NCBI GenBank assembly: GCA_964016885.1
Contig: OZ024755.1
Coordinates: 17,112,001 to 17,176,000, forward strand
DNA from: Eledone cirrhosa
Taxonomy: Eukaryota
Length of the DNA stretch: 64,000 bases
Reading direction: 5' to 3'
The notes under the pieces were generated by a model. That model saw only the letters and a list, made by a program, of their open reading frames with translations, was not told where the DNA came from and made no database searches. Both the position numbers and the translations under genes were made by a program. Of this stretch, positions 1-11,177 are shown piece by piece. Each line of letters opens with the position of its first letter. Position 1 is the stretch's first letter.

Positions 1-94
1 TCAATATATATATATATATAGTACATTATGAAGAGAGAAGAAACATTAGATATAATTAGTAATAAGATGTATCATACCTAAACTGCTTCTAAAT

Positions 95-184
95 TCCTCG
101 ACTACGTAGTTTCGTGGCATAATCAAAAACAATACATCACAGAGATATAGAGTTTTTGTGAGGTCTGCTGACTTATCAAGAGGA
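95..184 (-). ncRNA. Type I hammerhead ribozyme-like motif, U3/A8 core variant
   Basis: Minus strand: TCCTC-TTGATAA-GT...AC-GAAA-CTACGTAG-TC-GAGGA; 5 bp stem I, palindromic stem III, GUC cleavage triplet. Confidence 0.65.
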
Positions 185-429
185 TGCCTCATGTATATAT
201 ATTAGTATTACAGATTAAAGTTTAAACAAAGAATTTCTGCTTTCAACCTCAATGAGATCTTTTGAAATTGAGAAAAATTCATCTGTAGACACAGAAGTAA
301 ATATTTCAAAAATCGTTACAACCAAATTAATCTGTACTAATAATAAATATTTGCTTTACAGGTTTATATACACTTATATATAAACTCCTTATCAAATCCT
401 TTTCTGACTTTAGTCTATGTATTTAATAT

Positions 430-460
<31 letters not shown>

Positions 461-562
461 AGTAGAAGGGATATTTAATTTATTGGAAATCCAACAAATA
501 TAAATATAAATGTTTATAACTGATTTAGAGCACTCAGCAGAACCTGGAGTAAATATTCAATG

Positions 563-884
563 ATATTAAATAAATGGAAACTATATTTATAAAACCATAT
601 TTATTTTATTATATATATTTCAAGGGTACCAAAACACTTTGGTACGCTTTCTTTAGATAAAATACAAAGTTTGTTTTATAAATAGAGACATACCCAGGAA
701 AATCATACCTTATCACTATCCAGAGAATATCCAACTGATAAGCTATGATTTTCCTGGGTCTCTATTTATAAAACAAACTTTGTATTTTATCTGAAGAAAG
801 CGAACCAAAGTGTTTTGGTACCCTTGAAATATATATAATAAAATAAATATGGTTTTATAAATATAGTTTCCATTTATTTAATAT
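563..884. mobile_element. Fold-back element (about 150 bp arms, about 20 nt loop) with hammerhead cores; Penelope-like pLTR remnant
   Basis: 563-715 is the near-perfect reverse complement of 736-884; (TA)n tracts nearby on both sides. Confidence 0.75.
781..848 (+). ncRNA. Type I hammerhead ribozyme-like motif
   Basis: TATTTTAT-CTGAAGA-AAGCGAACCAAA GTGT TTTGGTACCCTT-GAAA-TATATA-TA-ATAAAATA; the minus-strand twin (601-665) has core CTAAAGA (G5 changed). Confidence 0.7.
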
Positions 885-989
885 GATTGTGTATATATAT
901 ATATGTGTAGTGTGTGTGTGTGTGTATATTCATATAAAATGAGGATGAAGTTTCTAATTAATGATTTAATTATTCCATTTTTATTTCAG

Positions 990-1135
990 AAAGTAAAACA
1001 GGAAATTGAGTCAAAGAAAGAAGATTTTGAAGACCTGAAAACACTTTCTGAGTCGGTAGAAGTGGATGACAAACACATGACAACAACTGGAAACATTTTA
1101 GTTAACAAATATACATCACTTTGTATAATGGCAGA

Positions 1136-1136
<1 letters not shown>
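990..1136 (+). CDS. SYNE1: Spectrin-repeat giant protein (nesprin-1/Msp300-like), internal exon 1 in window
   Basis: tttcag|AAAGTA...GCAGAG|gtaata; 147 nt, phase 0/0; KVKQEIESKKEDFEDLKTLSESV...CIMAE helical heptad pattern. Gene symbol is tentative, based on repeat type. Confidence 0.85.
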
Positions 1137-1139
<3 letters not shown>

Positions 1140-1170
<31 letters not shown>

Positions 1171-1480
1171 TAATAAAAATAATAATTGTTTCTACTTTAG
1201 GCACAAGGCCAGCAATTTTAGGGGAAGGAAAAGTTGATTAAATCGACCCCAATGCATTACTAGTACTTTATTTATCGACCCCGTAAGGATGAAAGGTAAA
1301 GTTAACCTCGACGGCAATTAAACTCAGAACATAAAGGGCCGGAATTATATGCCGAACAGCATGTTGCCTGACACTTTACCAATGCTTCCAATCCACTGCC
1401 CTAATAATAATAATTGTTTCTACTTTTGGCACAAGGCCAGCAATTAACCAGTACATTACTGGTACTTTATTTTATCGGCC
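1140..1480 (-). mobile_element. tRNA-derived Meta-type SINE (full copy plus partial second copy)
   Basis: Reverse complement of head ggcagtggattgg..., B-box gagtt..., core cctttcatccttacggggtcgataaa..gtac, (ATT)n tail. Confidence 0.8.
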
Positions 1481-1501
1481 AATGATAATAATATAACTAT
1501 T

Positions 1502-1531
<30 letters not shown>

Positions 1532-1532
<1 letters not shown>

Positions 1533-2178
1533 AATTGAAACAAAATGAAAACGAAATTTCATTTCTCACTCTTAGTATGGCACTTACTTAAATGTAAGTA
1601 TGCATGTATACGTACATACATATATGTATACAGACGTACAGTAGCATGCACATATATATATATATATACATATATATATACATATGCATACAGGTACACA
1701 TACATATATGCACGTATCAGTTTAGCGGCGCTAACGTCGCTTTGTTCGTTTGTAAACAAACTGAACAGCCTGAATTTATGCCATACGGTGTTAAGGCAAC
1801 CACGTCACCTTTTTGTTCAACACTGACACAGGAACGATGTACTAGTTTCAAGCTTGTTAGCTATCATCAGCACCGTTTACCCATCTGCCAGATAGTTGAA
1901 CGTTCGAAAGTATATACTTTCCTTATGAAAATTAACGGCTGAGCAGCCTAATTTGCATATTGAGTGAGTTAAATCGGTCAGGCATACCGAAAACGATAAA
2001 TTGAAACAAAATGAAAACGAAATTTCATTTCTCACTCTTAGTATGGCACTTACTTAAATGTAAGTATGCATGTATACGTACATACATATATGTATACATT
2101 TGTTTACAAACGAACAAAGCGACGTTAGCGCCGCTAAACTGATACGTGCATATATGTATGTGTACCTGTATGCATATG

Positions 2179-2209
<31 letters not shown>

Positions 2210-2270
2210 GTGCATGCTACTGTACGTCTGTATACATATATGTATGTACGTATACATGCATACTTACATT
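1532..2270. repeat. (TA)n-flanked element with direct (1532-1630 / 1998-2097) and inverted (1590-1757 / 2100-2270) duplications
   Basis: Exact repeat of aaattgaaacaaaatgaaaacgaaatttc...; long reverse-complement match including gcggcgctaacgtcgctttg. Confidence 0.75.
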
Positions 2271-2380
2271 TATATATATATATATATATATATGTGTATG
2301 TATGTATGTAATATATATGAAAACTTTGATAGGTTTTGACCAATATTGGCTCAGGCCATGTCTAACTTAATCACCTGGCG

Positions 2381-2428
<48 letters not shown>

Positions 2429-2435
2429 AATATAT

Positions 2436-2468
<33 letters not shown>

Positions 2469-2929
2469 AATTATTGTGTACAGTGCTCAGGTGCACTACA
2501 ACTCATCAAAGGTGCATGTATAGTACATAGAATAATGTACAAATGTCAGGAAAATGAACAGTGTATGAGTCATGATATATATATATATATATATATACAT
2601 GCAAGTATTTTACTGTATATACATACACACACACACATAAACAGAGAATGACACTCGTATACTCCGAGGACTGAATTTTAATATATCTGAAAACCAAAAT
2701 ATTGACAGCTTGGAAAACTGTTCTAATATATACTTCAGAAAAAATATTTATAAAAGCCTTCTTGAATGACATTTATGTATATTTTTAAAATATTTCATTA
2801 ATATATTTATAACATCTTTATTTTTATCAACACTTATTTCCACCCACATCCCCACTTTTTTTCCATGCAAATAATGTTTGCCAAATAAATACCTCTTTTA
2901 AAACTGTAAATAATTATTTTCAAAATGTT

Positions 2930-3078
2930 TATTTTTTTTTCTATTTTTTTCTATTTTTTTCTATTTTTTTCTATTTTTTTCTATTTTTTTCTATTTTTTT
3001 CTATTTTTTTCTATTTTTTTCTATTTTTTTCTATTTTTTTCTATTTTTTTCTATTTTTCTATTTTTTTTCTATTTTTT
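2930..3078 (+). repeat. 10 bp tandem repeat (CTATTTTTTT)n
   Basis: About 14 near-perfect copies. Confidence 0.9.
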
Positions 3079-4324
3079 CCAAAGAAATTTGTTGCTAGTT
3101 TTAACTAGCAACAAATTTCTTTTAACCTCTTCATTATTGTATTTCTTATGAAATACACTGACTGATTTTCAAATAATTAGAAAAATATTCAAGGATTTAA
3201 AGAGATTTAGTAATACAACTAACATAGCTTAACAAATGTAGCTGCATCAAATTATGATTGAAGATTTTCAGATAAATATAAACAAATTTAAAATATCCCA
3301 GAACTAGGGGTGGTTTCAGGCAGTTATTAAAAGGGTTAAGAACATTGTTTCTATGATTTCTAGTATATTTTCAGAAAGTCTTTAAAGCTGTTTTCTCATT
3401 TTTCGATATTTGAAAATGTGCTCCTGTGAGAATTCAGGATCATGATTGAATATGTATGAATATATATATATATATTCATAGAATAATGAGAAAAACACAA
3501 TGTAAAAATAGCTGTTAAATCAGCAAAATGATGGCTTTGAGTAAAATTTACCTCGAAGGATAGAAATCAGCAGCTAGAAATGTGTTGGCCCACTTCTCTT
3601 TCAAGAATATGTACTGCATGGTCCACTAATCAAACTTGTGACCTTGTGGTTATAAATTCAACATTCTAACCACTAGGCCATGTACCTTCACTAGGGAGTT
3701 GTTTAAGGGAAATTTGACTGCTATTTCTAGAAGGTTGTTTGACTACATAGAAGCTTCTTCAATGTCTCATTCCTTCTGCTGGAGTTAATGATGTTACTTT
3801 AAAATTTTCGATATTGTGATGAGTTGACTAAATAATCTAAATCCTTCCTATTTTGGCATTCCATATGTTAGCATCTCCGATTCTTTAGATATAACAATTC
3901 TGATAAGAAAGCTGTTATGTTGGCGACAAGTGACACAAATTCAATTTACAGTTGTATAAATGTCAATATAATTTAGTTGTAGAAGTGACATTCAAACGAG
4001 TACCCTCCATCACCAACTAACTTACCCTCTGTCTCTGGGTCACAGCCAACAAGACGGAGAATGCATTGCCCTGGAGGACAGCGAGGGAGACATGCTGAAA
4101 CAGCCACTCCACCTCACGGGGCTCGCACCTGTGTGTGGCTAACTCCACCCCGATAGCAATTCTTATAATTCCTTGATTTTCAACTAGATATGTAAATTAG
4201 TCATTATATATTTAAACCCAATTTGTGCTCCTAAAATCTCTGCAACATTTCTTTCATAGCTATTAATATTGAACAAAACACATTGTAATTATTACTGTTA
4301 TTTTATCATTTGTCTGTTATTTAG

Positions 4325-4486
4325 GATTGTGTTAATGCAAGGAACCGGTTTGTTCAGCAGCATGAGCATTACCAAAATAGTTATACTGATGCAAAACAAA
4401 CACTGGAAAGTCTAAAGAAGCAACTAAAAGCTTGCTCAGAACCAAACAGTGAAAATACATATGAAGAAAGATTGTCGAAAGTAAAG
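4325..4486 (+). CDS. SYNE1: Nesprin-like spectrin-repeat exon 2
   Basis: tttag|GATTGT...GTAAAG|gtagga; 162 nt, phase 0/0; DCVNARNRFVQQHEHYQNSYTDAKQTLESLKKQL...LSKVK. Confidence 0.85.
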
Positions 4487-5210
4487 GTAGGAATTTATGA
4501 ATTAACCATTTCAGTGAATGTTTAAAATGCTGGAGGAAAATTTACCGTGTTTTCATGTTATGTTGTTGATATAGTTTACTGTTTTATGCAAATTTCTTCC
4601 TGAAGCAGAAAATTGATTTGATTGAAAATTCAAGTACTTGTGTTATTAGTTTTTACACCATGTACTGGATTCATTTTATTTATAGCACTGGCACTACTTC
4701 TTCATAGAGTGAGTAGGGTGCATTTTATCATGACACAAGCACAAGCACTTTACAGAGAAGACTGGGTGAATTTTATCATGATATAAGCATATAAAATACA
4801 CCCAGTCTACTCTTTACAGAGTAGACTGGGTGTATTTTATTATGACATAAGCACAATCACTTTACAGAGTAGACTGGGTGCATTTTGACATGTCACCAAC
4901 ACAACTACAATATGGTGTGGGCTTGGTGAATTTTATCATCTCACCAGCACCACCACTTTTCAGTATGGGCTGCGTACATTTTATGGCATCAGCACTGCCA
5001 AAATCTAGTGTGTGCCGAGTGAATTTTATCATGGCACATAATAATAGACACACACAGAATCACATACAATTTATAGCAATATTTATACTCAACAGTGACT
5101 GTACTTCAAAACACTAGTTTCAGCCACTGGCTATGTTGGGACATAACCACACAGCTATTCCTTTTCTATTATTTTAAAATTTTATTTAAAGAATTACTGT
5201 TATATTTCAG

Positions 5211-5329
5211 AAAATGGTAGCAGAACGGGAGAAGTTGAAGACTGATATTTCTAAAGTGTGTGCACTGGGAGACAAGTTGTGCCCTAATACAGGGTTAGAA
5301 GGTCGAGAACAGTTGCGTTTGGAAATACG
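5211..5329 (+). CDS. SYNE1: Nesprin-like spectrin-repeat exon 3
   Basis: tttcag|AAAATG...ATACG|gtgagt; 119 nt, phase 0/2; KMVAEREKLKTDISKVCALGDKLCPNTGLEGREQLRLEI(R). Confidence 0.88.
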
Positions 5330-5625
5330 GTGAGTAGAACCAAATGAATAATGTGAGGGCTCATTTGAAAGTTAGTTCTTTGACTAAGTAAAGTGAGAAA
5401 GACAAGAGAAGGGGATTAAATGAAGTGGCCAGTACAGGAGTAGATAAATGTTCTTCTGAGCACTTGATGGAATGTGAGACCATGTATAAGCACATAGGTC
5501 CCTAGCCTGCCTGGGAGATCAGTGGCTCAGCTTCAGTACTGACTTGGTCTATATGGACCTGTCCAAACCTTGCTAACAGGGAAAGGAGACGTTAAAATGA
5601 CAATAAGGATGACGATGAATCGACT

Positions 5626-5841
5626 TTAACCCTTTAGTATTTACATTACTCTATATATACTATTGTATTTGTGCGGTAAAGGCTTTAACTCCCATAATAT
5701 CGAATCTATGAACTTTTGATATTATTTATTTTGAGAACAATACCTTAACATCAGTATGAGTGGCAAGTTACAGCCAGTTTGAACAGAAAGAAGTGAGAGA
5801 ATTCTGGCTGGATATGGCCGGTTTAAATGCGAAAGGGTTAA
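5626..5841. mobile_element. piggyBac-like MITE (TTAA TSD)
   Basis: TTAA-CCCTTTAG...GAAAGGG-TTAA; interior shared with copies at 8703, 27832, 61690. Confidence 0.8.
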
Positions 5842-6146
5842 AATGGAGTTTTACCACAAAACTAGATATGGTAATATGTGGGTTGGTATTAAAGGTGCTA
5901 AGAAGTGGAAGCAAGAAACATCACATGTAACTAATCAACTAATACAGACATATCCTGGCTATGTACAATAGAGTTAAAAGAACAGTCTACCTTTATAGTT
6001 TGAATAGGTTTCAGTTTGTAATTCCAAGAACATTAACAAATACGACCAGCATATGATAAAGGCCAGAGTGTATAATGGCCAAAATATTTTGAATTTAACA
6101 GTCAGGATGAGGACATTGGTCAATAAATCGATTTATTATCCCTCAT

Positions 6147-6197
<51 letters not shown>

Positions 6198-6239
6198 CCC
6201 ATAGTAAGGTACTCAATATATTAGTAGAATGTAAACATC

Positions 6240-6370
6240 AAGTTTAATATAGAAATGATTTCTATAGGACTAGTACTGTTTCATTCAAAAGAAAGCACCA
6301 GGAAAGCCCTGATGATTTCTTTTGAATGAAACCGTTCTAGTTCTGTAGAAGCCATTTCTATATTAAACTT
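6240..6370. mobile_element. Short fold-back element with degenerate hammerhead core
   Basis: About 60 bp arms; right arm CTGATGA-TTTC TTTT GAAT-GAAAC; followed by (TA)n. Confidence 0.6.
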
Positions 6371-6514
6371 TATATATATATATATAACAGTTCTATACGA
6401 GCAAGACACGGTCACCTGACCAATCTTGCCTCAAGTGGGACAAACCCATCCAACCCATGCTAGTGTGGAAGATGGACGTTAAACGATGATGATGATGATG
6501 ATGATATGTATACT

Positions 6515-6572
<58 letters not shown>

Positions 6573-6749
6573 ATCTATCTATCTATATATCTATATATAT
6601 ATATTTCGTTTCTGAATTTGTTTAGCAAGATTCTTATTGGCAACATGACCCTCCCAAAGTATAACAATATATATATCCCTGTCTCTCTCTCTGCATCAGT
6701 AAAATAGTATCTCTCAGTAATATAATGGTGCCATTTTTTTCCCTTCCAG

Positions 6750-6954
6750 ATTGTTAAAAGATGACATGGACTGTTTACTTGATGAAATGTGTGATACACT
6801 GAAGAAGTTGGAAAATTACATGGTCCAGTGGCAGTCAATTGAAACAACCAATGACCGCTTCTATAAATGGTTCTCTGATGTGAAAAGACAATTGGATAAT
6901 ACACAACTTCAGTCCTTGCTTCCAGACAAGAAAGCTCAATTTCAGAATCATAAG
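6750..6954 (+). CDS. SYNE1: Nesprin-like spectrin-repeat exon 4
   Basis: ttccag|ATTGTT...CATAAG|gtaaga; 205 nt, phase 2/0, completes exon 3 codon; contains QWQSIETTNDRFYKWFSDV helix-A Trp motif. Confidence 0.9.
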
Positions 6955-7302
6955 GTAAGATTATATAATATTGTTGGAATGATATATTGTTGTTGTTGTA
7001 GGGATTCTTTATCATCACCACCACCATCATCATCACCACCACCATCATCATCACCACCATCATCATCACCACCATCATCATCACCACCATTATCACCATT
7101 ATCATGCCTGATCTTTCTCTTCTCTCATTCTTCTCTCTCCATTCGCTCGCTTTCTCTTCTGTTGCTCATTCTTTATTCTTTCACTCTTCCCTTTCTCTTC
7201 TCCCTCTCTCTCTCTATATATATATATGTGTGTGTGTATGTGTGTGTGTGTGTGCTTATATATAACTAGTCTGATTGTGTTTTTATTCCTCTCTTTTCTC
7301 AG

Positions 7303-7629
7303 ATCCTTCACCAAGACATCGTCTCTAGACAACAGAGTCTTGCTTTGTTTATTGAAAAATATTCACATCTGATGCAAACATCAACACCAACGTCAACTTC
7401 TCTGCAACATCAGCCTGTCACCGAACTCCAAACCAAATATGGAGATCTTCTAGAAACATCCAAGGAAAAATTGATATTTCTAGAAAAGGCTGTTGTTGAC
7501 CATCAAAATTATCAGGAAAATTACCAAGATTTTGTCAATTGGCTTAATCTGTCCAGTGAAAAGATTGAGTCTGCAAGTGATTTTGGTGGAGACAAACTCT
7601 CATTACAAAATAAACTAGAAAAGTTTAAG
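7303..7629 (+). CDS. SYNE1: Nesprin-like spectrin-repeat exon 5
   Basis: ttctcag|ATCCTT...TTTAAG|gtaaga; 327 nt; ILHQDIVSRQ...DHQNYQENYQDFVNWL...GDKLSLQNKLEKFK. Confidence 0.92.
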
Positions 7630-7639
7630 GTAAGAATTG

Positions 7640-7820
7640 TTATAATAATGATTTCTACTATAGGCACAAGGCCAGCAATTTGGAGAGGGGGGGGGGGTGG
7701 AGAAGTCGATTAAATCAACCCCAGTGCATTACTGGAACTTTATTTATCGACCCCTGTAAGGAGGAAAGGCAAAGCTAACCTCAGTGAGATGTGAACTCAG
7801 AACATGAAGGCCCGAAAGCT
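7640..7820 (-). mobile_element. Meta-type SINE, partial
   Basis: Same core and tail, immediately after the exon 5 donor. Confidence 0.75.
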
Positions 7821-8316
7821 GGTATAATCATCTTCACCATCATTGTTTTAACAATGCTTTCTGAGTTCTAATCCTTTGTTTTTTATCCTTTCATGGTTAA
7901 TATAAAATACCAGTGTAGGGCCTTGGATTGGCCAGATTGTTAGAGTGTTGGATGAGATGCCTTGTGGTATTTGCTCTGGCTCTTTGCATTCTGAGTTCAA
8001 ATCCCACTGTCACCTACTTGTGTGGTAGCCAAGCTAAACCACCACAACCTCCACCTGACCTTGGGTGACTTTAATGGAGTTTATTACATTACAAGCATTT
8101 GAGCAAGTTCTCTGGTTTGATGGTAACCTCTTCCTTCCTGCTTATTCATCTTAGAAGTCTTAAAAATTGTCCTTTTTAATAAAACATTTGAAGAAAATAA
8201 AATTACAACAATATGCATGCTTATAAGATTAGGAGTGATTGAAAAATGTAATTATTGTTGATATTTTGTTGTTATTCTATTCTATTTTGTTATTCTATTC
8301 TGTTTTGTTATTCTAG

Positions 8317-8640
8317 GAATACACCAGTCAGTTAGAGATGCGTGAAAAACAATTACAAGACATTACAACATCTTCAAAGACTGTTGAACAAACAACATCA
8401 GAAGCTGGTATTGTGATACTGACACAAGAAGTAAACTCTGTTACTAACCGATGGAATTCCTTCTCAAATGTTATTGAAAAAAGCAGCCAAGATCTACGAC
8501 AGCTTCTGCAGCAATGGAATGAAATGGAGACACAGATTGCAGACTTCAGTAAATGGATCAAAGATTACGAATGTTCCTTAAAGCAATGTGAATTGAAATC
8601 TTTCCTGGATGAAAAACGTTCACAGCTTAATAGATTGAAA
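8317..8640 (+). CDS. SYNE1: Nesprin-like spectrin-repeat exon 6
   Basis: ttctag|GAATAC...TTGAAA|gtatgt; 324 nt; ...NRWNSF...QQWNEMETQIADFSKWIKD... Confidence 0.92.
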
Positions 8641-8702
8641 GTATGTTTAAATTTTCTTTTATAACCCTTTAAATACCAAACTATATTTTCATTTTTAACT
8701 CT

Positions 8703-8931
8703 TTAACCCTTTAGCATTTACATTACTCTATATATACTATTGTATTTTCATGGTAAAGGCTTTACCTCACATAATTATCTCATATAACATCGAATCTATG
8801 AGATTTTGATATTATTTATTTTGAGAACAATACTCAAACGTCAGTATGATTGGCCGGTTATGGCCAGTTTGAACAGAAAGAGGTGAGAGAATTCTGGCCA
8901 GCTATGGCCAGTTTAAATGCTAAAGGGTTAA
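8703..8931. mobile_element. piggyBac-like MITE (TTAA TSD)
   Basis: TTAA-CCCTTTAGCATTTA...TAAATGCTAAAGGG-TTAA. Confidence 0.85.
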
Positions 8932-9039
8932 ATATTAAAAAAAACATTGTTGTATGGAAAGTGCTGAAAAAGTCAGATAAATTCAAATAAATTTTCATTG
9001 AAATGGTTTTATTTTCTGTTTTTTAAAAATAATTTCCAG

Positions 9040-9192
9040 GAGGAACAAAGTGAAATTTTGCAGAAACGTCCTACATTAGATGCTCTCTCAGATGATATCC
9101 AGTCTATGGTACATTCTGCCTCAGATATCCGTCTATCTAGTCAAATATCTCACCTGGTCGCTAGGTACCAAAATCTAGTTACAAACATAAAG
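9040..9192 (+). CDS. SYNE1: Nesprin-like spectrin-repeat exon 7
   Basis: ttccag|GAGGAA...ATAAAG|gtaagt; 153 nt; EEQSEILQKRPTLDALSDD...VARYQNLVTNIK. Confidence 0.92.
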
Positions 9193-10878
9193 GTAAGTTC
9201 TGGTTGCCATTTTCATTATATGGTTGATTAGTATTTGTGTGTTCCTATCCACAGGTAACACAAATAAGCAGTGTATTGAGAGACTTTACTTACCTAAATA
9301 AGCCTAATGTATGTATAATAAACTCTTTATTATAATATGTGCATTCAAAAAGCACCCAGTCCACTCTGTAAGGTGATCATATAGATGCCACAATAAAATG
9401 CTCCTAGTCCATGCTGTAAATGTAGTTGGTACTAGAAGAGCATCTAGGTATAGAAACTAAGCCAGAAACTGTTCTGTATGAGCAAGACATGGCCATCTGA
9501 TCTGACTTGTCTCACAATGGGACAACACATCTAACCCATGTTAGAGTGGAAAAAGATGGTTATGGTAATGCTAATGATGATGATGATGATGTGTTTTAGG
9601 GTACGAGGATACTTAATTAACTGCTTCAGAGGCCTAAGTAGCAAGGTTTCATGAAATCAGAACACACGACTAATTAGGAAATTACAATTATAATCAATTA
9701 ATTTAACTGCTAAAATATGTAAAACATTTGAGAAGTTTAGCCTGTAGTACATACACATACATGGAATATGCATACACACATACACATACATACACACACA
9801 CATACACATGCATACACGCATACATACATGCACACACATATTTACATGCACATACGTACAAACATGTACACATAGATAAATAAATACATGCACATACATA
9901 CACAGTCTAATCCATACTAGCATGGAAAGTGGATGTTAAATGATGATGATGATGATACACATGGACATACATATGTACATACATACACATGGACATACAT
10001 ATGTACATACATATGGATATACATACACATGGACACACATATGTACATACATACATATGTACATACATTTACACATATACTTACATACACACATACATGC
10101 ATATATATGCATACATATATGTCACAATATATGTATATACATACACACCTATTTACTCACATACATACATACACAGGCATACATATATACACACACATAC
10201 ATATATACACACACATACATCATCAGCATGGTTTCACTTAAAATTCCCAAAAAGAAAAGAACTGCAAAGTTCTCTATAATTTCAAGTAGTGATTGAGCCT
10301 AGATTTTTGTAACTAGCCTAGACTTTTGTTCTAGGTTGCTATGGCTTTTCACTTACAAATTAAACTCTAGTTATTATTGTCAATAAATATGTGTTGCCTG
10401 GATACGAAATATCAATTTATAAAAGTACATCAAAATGATGTGGCTTCAAGAAATATATTTCTTTTAACAGCACTCAGTTTTTCTCAGTATGTATTGATAT
10501 GTATTCATTATCACTTGTACATGTATATATTGAAAATAGGTGATGTGGAAGTTCCACATTAGAAAAATATTTCAGCTTTGGGAATAATGTTGAAAAAAAA
10601 AAAGGAAACTGAATGTTTTTACCAAATATGGTTGTATTGTCAGACATATGTAAAGCTAATAATAGCTCAAGGCTAGATATAATGTATAGGCCCTTAAAGC
10701 TAGTTATAAGCCCATGCCAAATCTAAAATGTATCCTCTAAAAACTGGTTATCCCTACCCACCACTATCACAACCAGCACCACTACCCCTACCTTGTTGAT
10801 GGGCCCAGTCAGATTAAAGAGAAACATTTTTTTTTTTTTCTAAATATTTTGAAACCTTCTGTATATTTGTTTTTGCAG

Positions 10879-11043
10879 GAGCTGATTAACAAATGGGAGA
10901 AATGTTGTGAAGACCACTTGATATTTGAAGACAAAAAAGAAGCCTTCCATATATGGGAGAATCAAATTATTCAAAAACTGAATGTTATTTCTCAACCAAT
11001 CACAGACCAGAAAGATATTGAGAAAAGAAAGTGTGATATTCAG
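10879..11043 (+). CDS. SYNE1: Nesprin-like spectrin-repeat exon 8
   Basis: ttgcag|GAGCTG...ATTCAG|gtaagg; 165 nt; ELINKWEKCCEDHLIFEDKKEAFHIW... Confidence 0.92.
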
Positions 11044-11177
11044 GTAAGGCAACACTAAAGTGTGATAATTTATTCAATGTATCAATGTCTTTAAGCCACC
11101 AAAGTAAATGCTGGCTTTTTTATTACAACAATGAACAAATCTTAATCTGTCATTAAAGGTGTGTATAAAATATGAGA

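Noticed and set aside
563-884. Interpreting the fold-backs as miRNA precursors or classical MITEs
   Set aside because: Arms are long and asymmetric in extent, lack recognisable TIR end motifs, and share ribozyme cores instead. Small-RNA data would be needed to revisit this.
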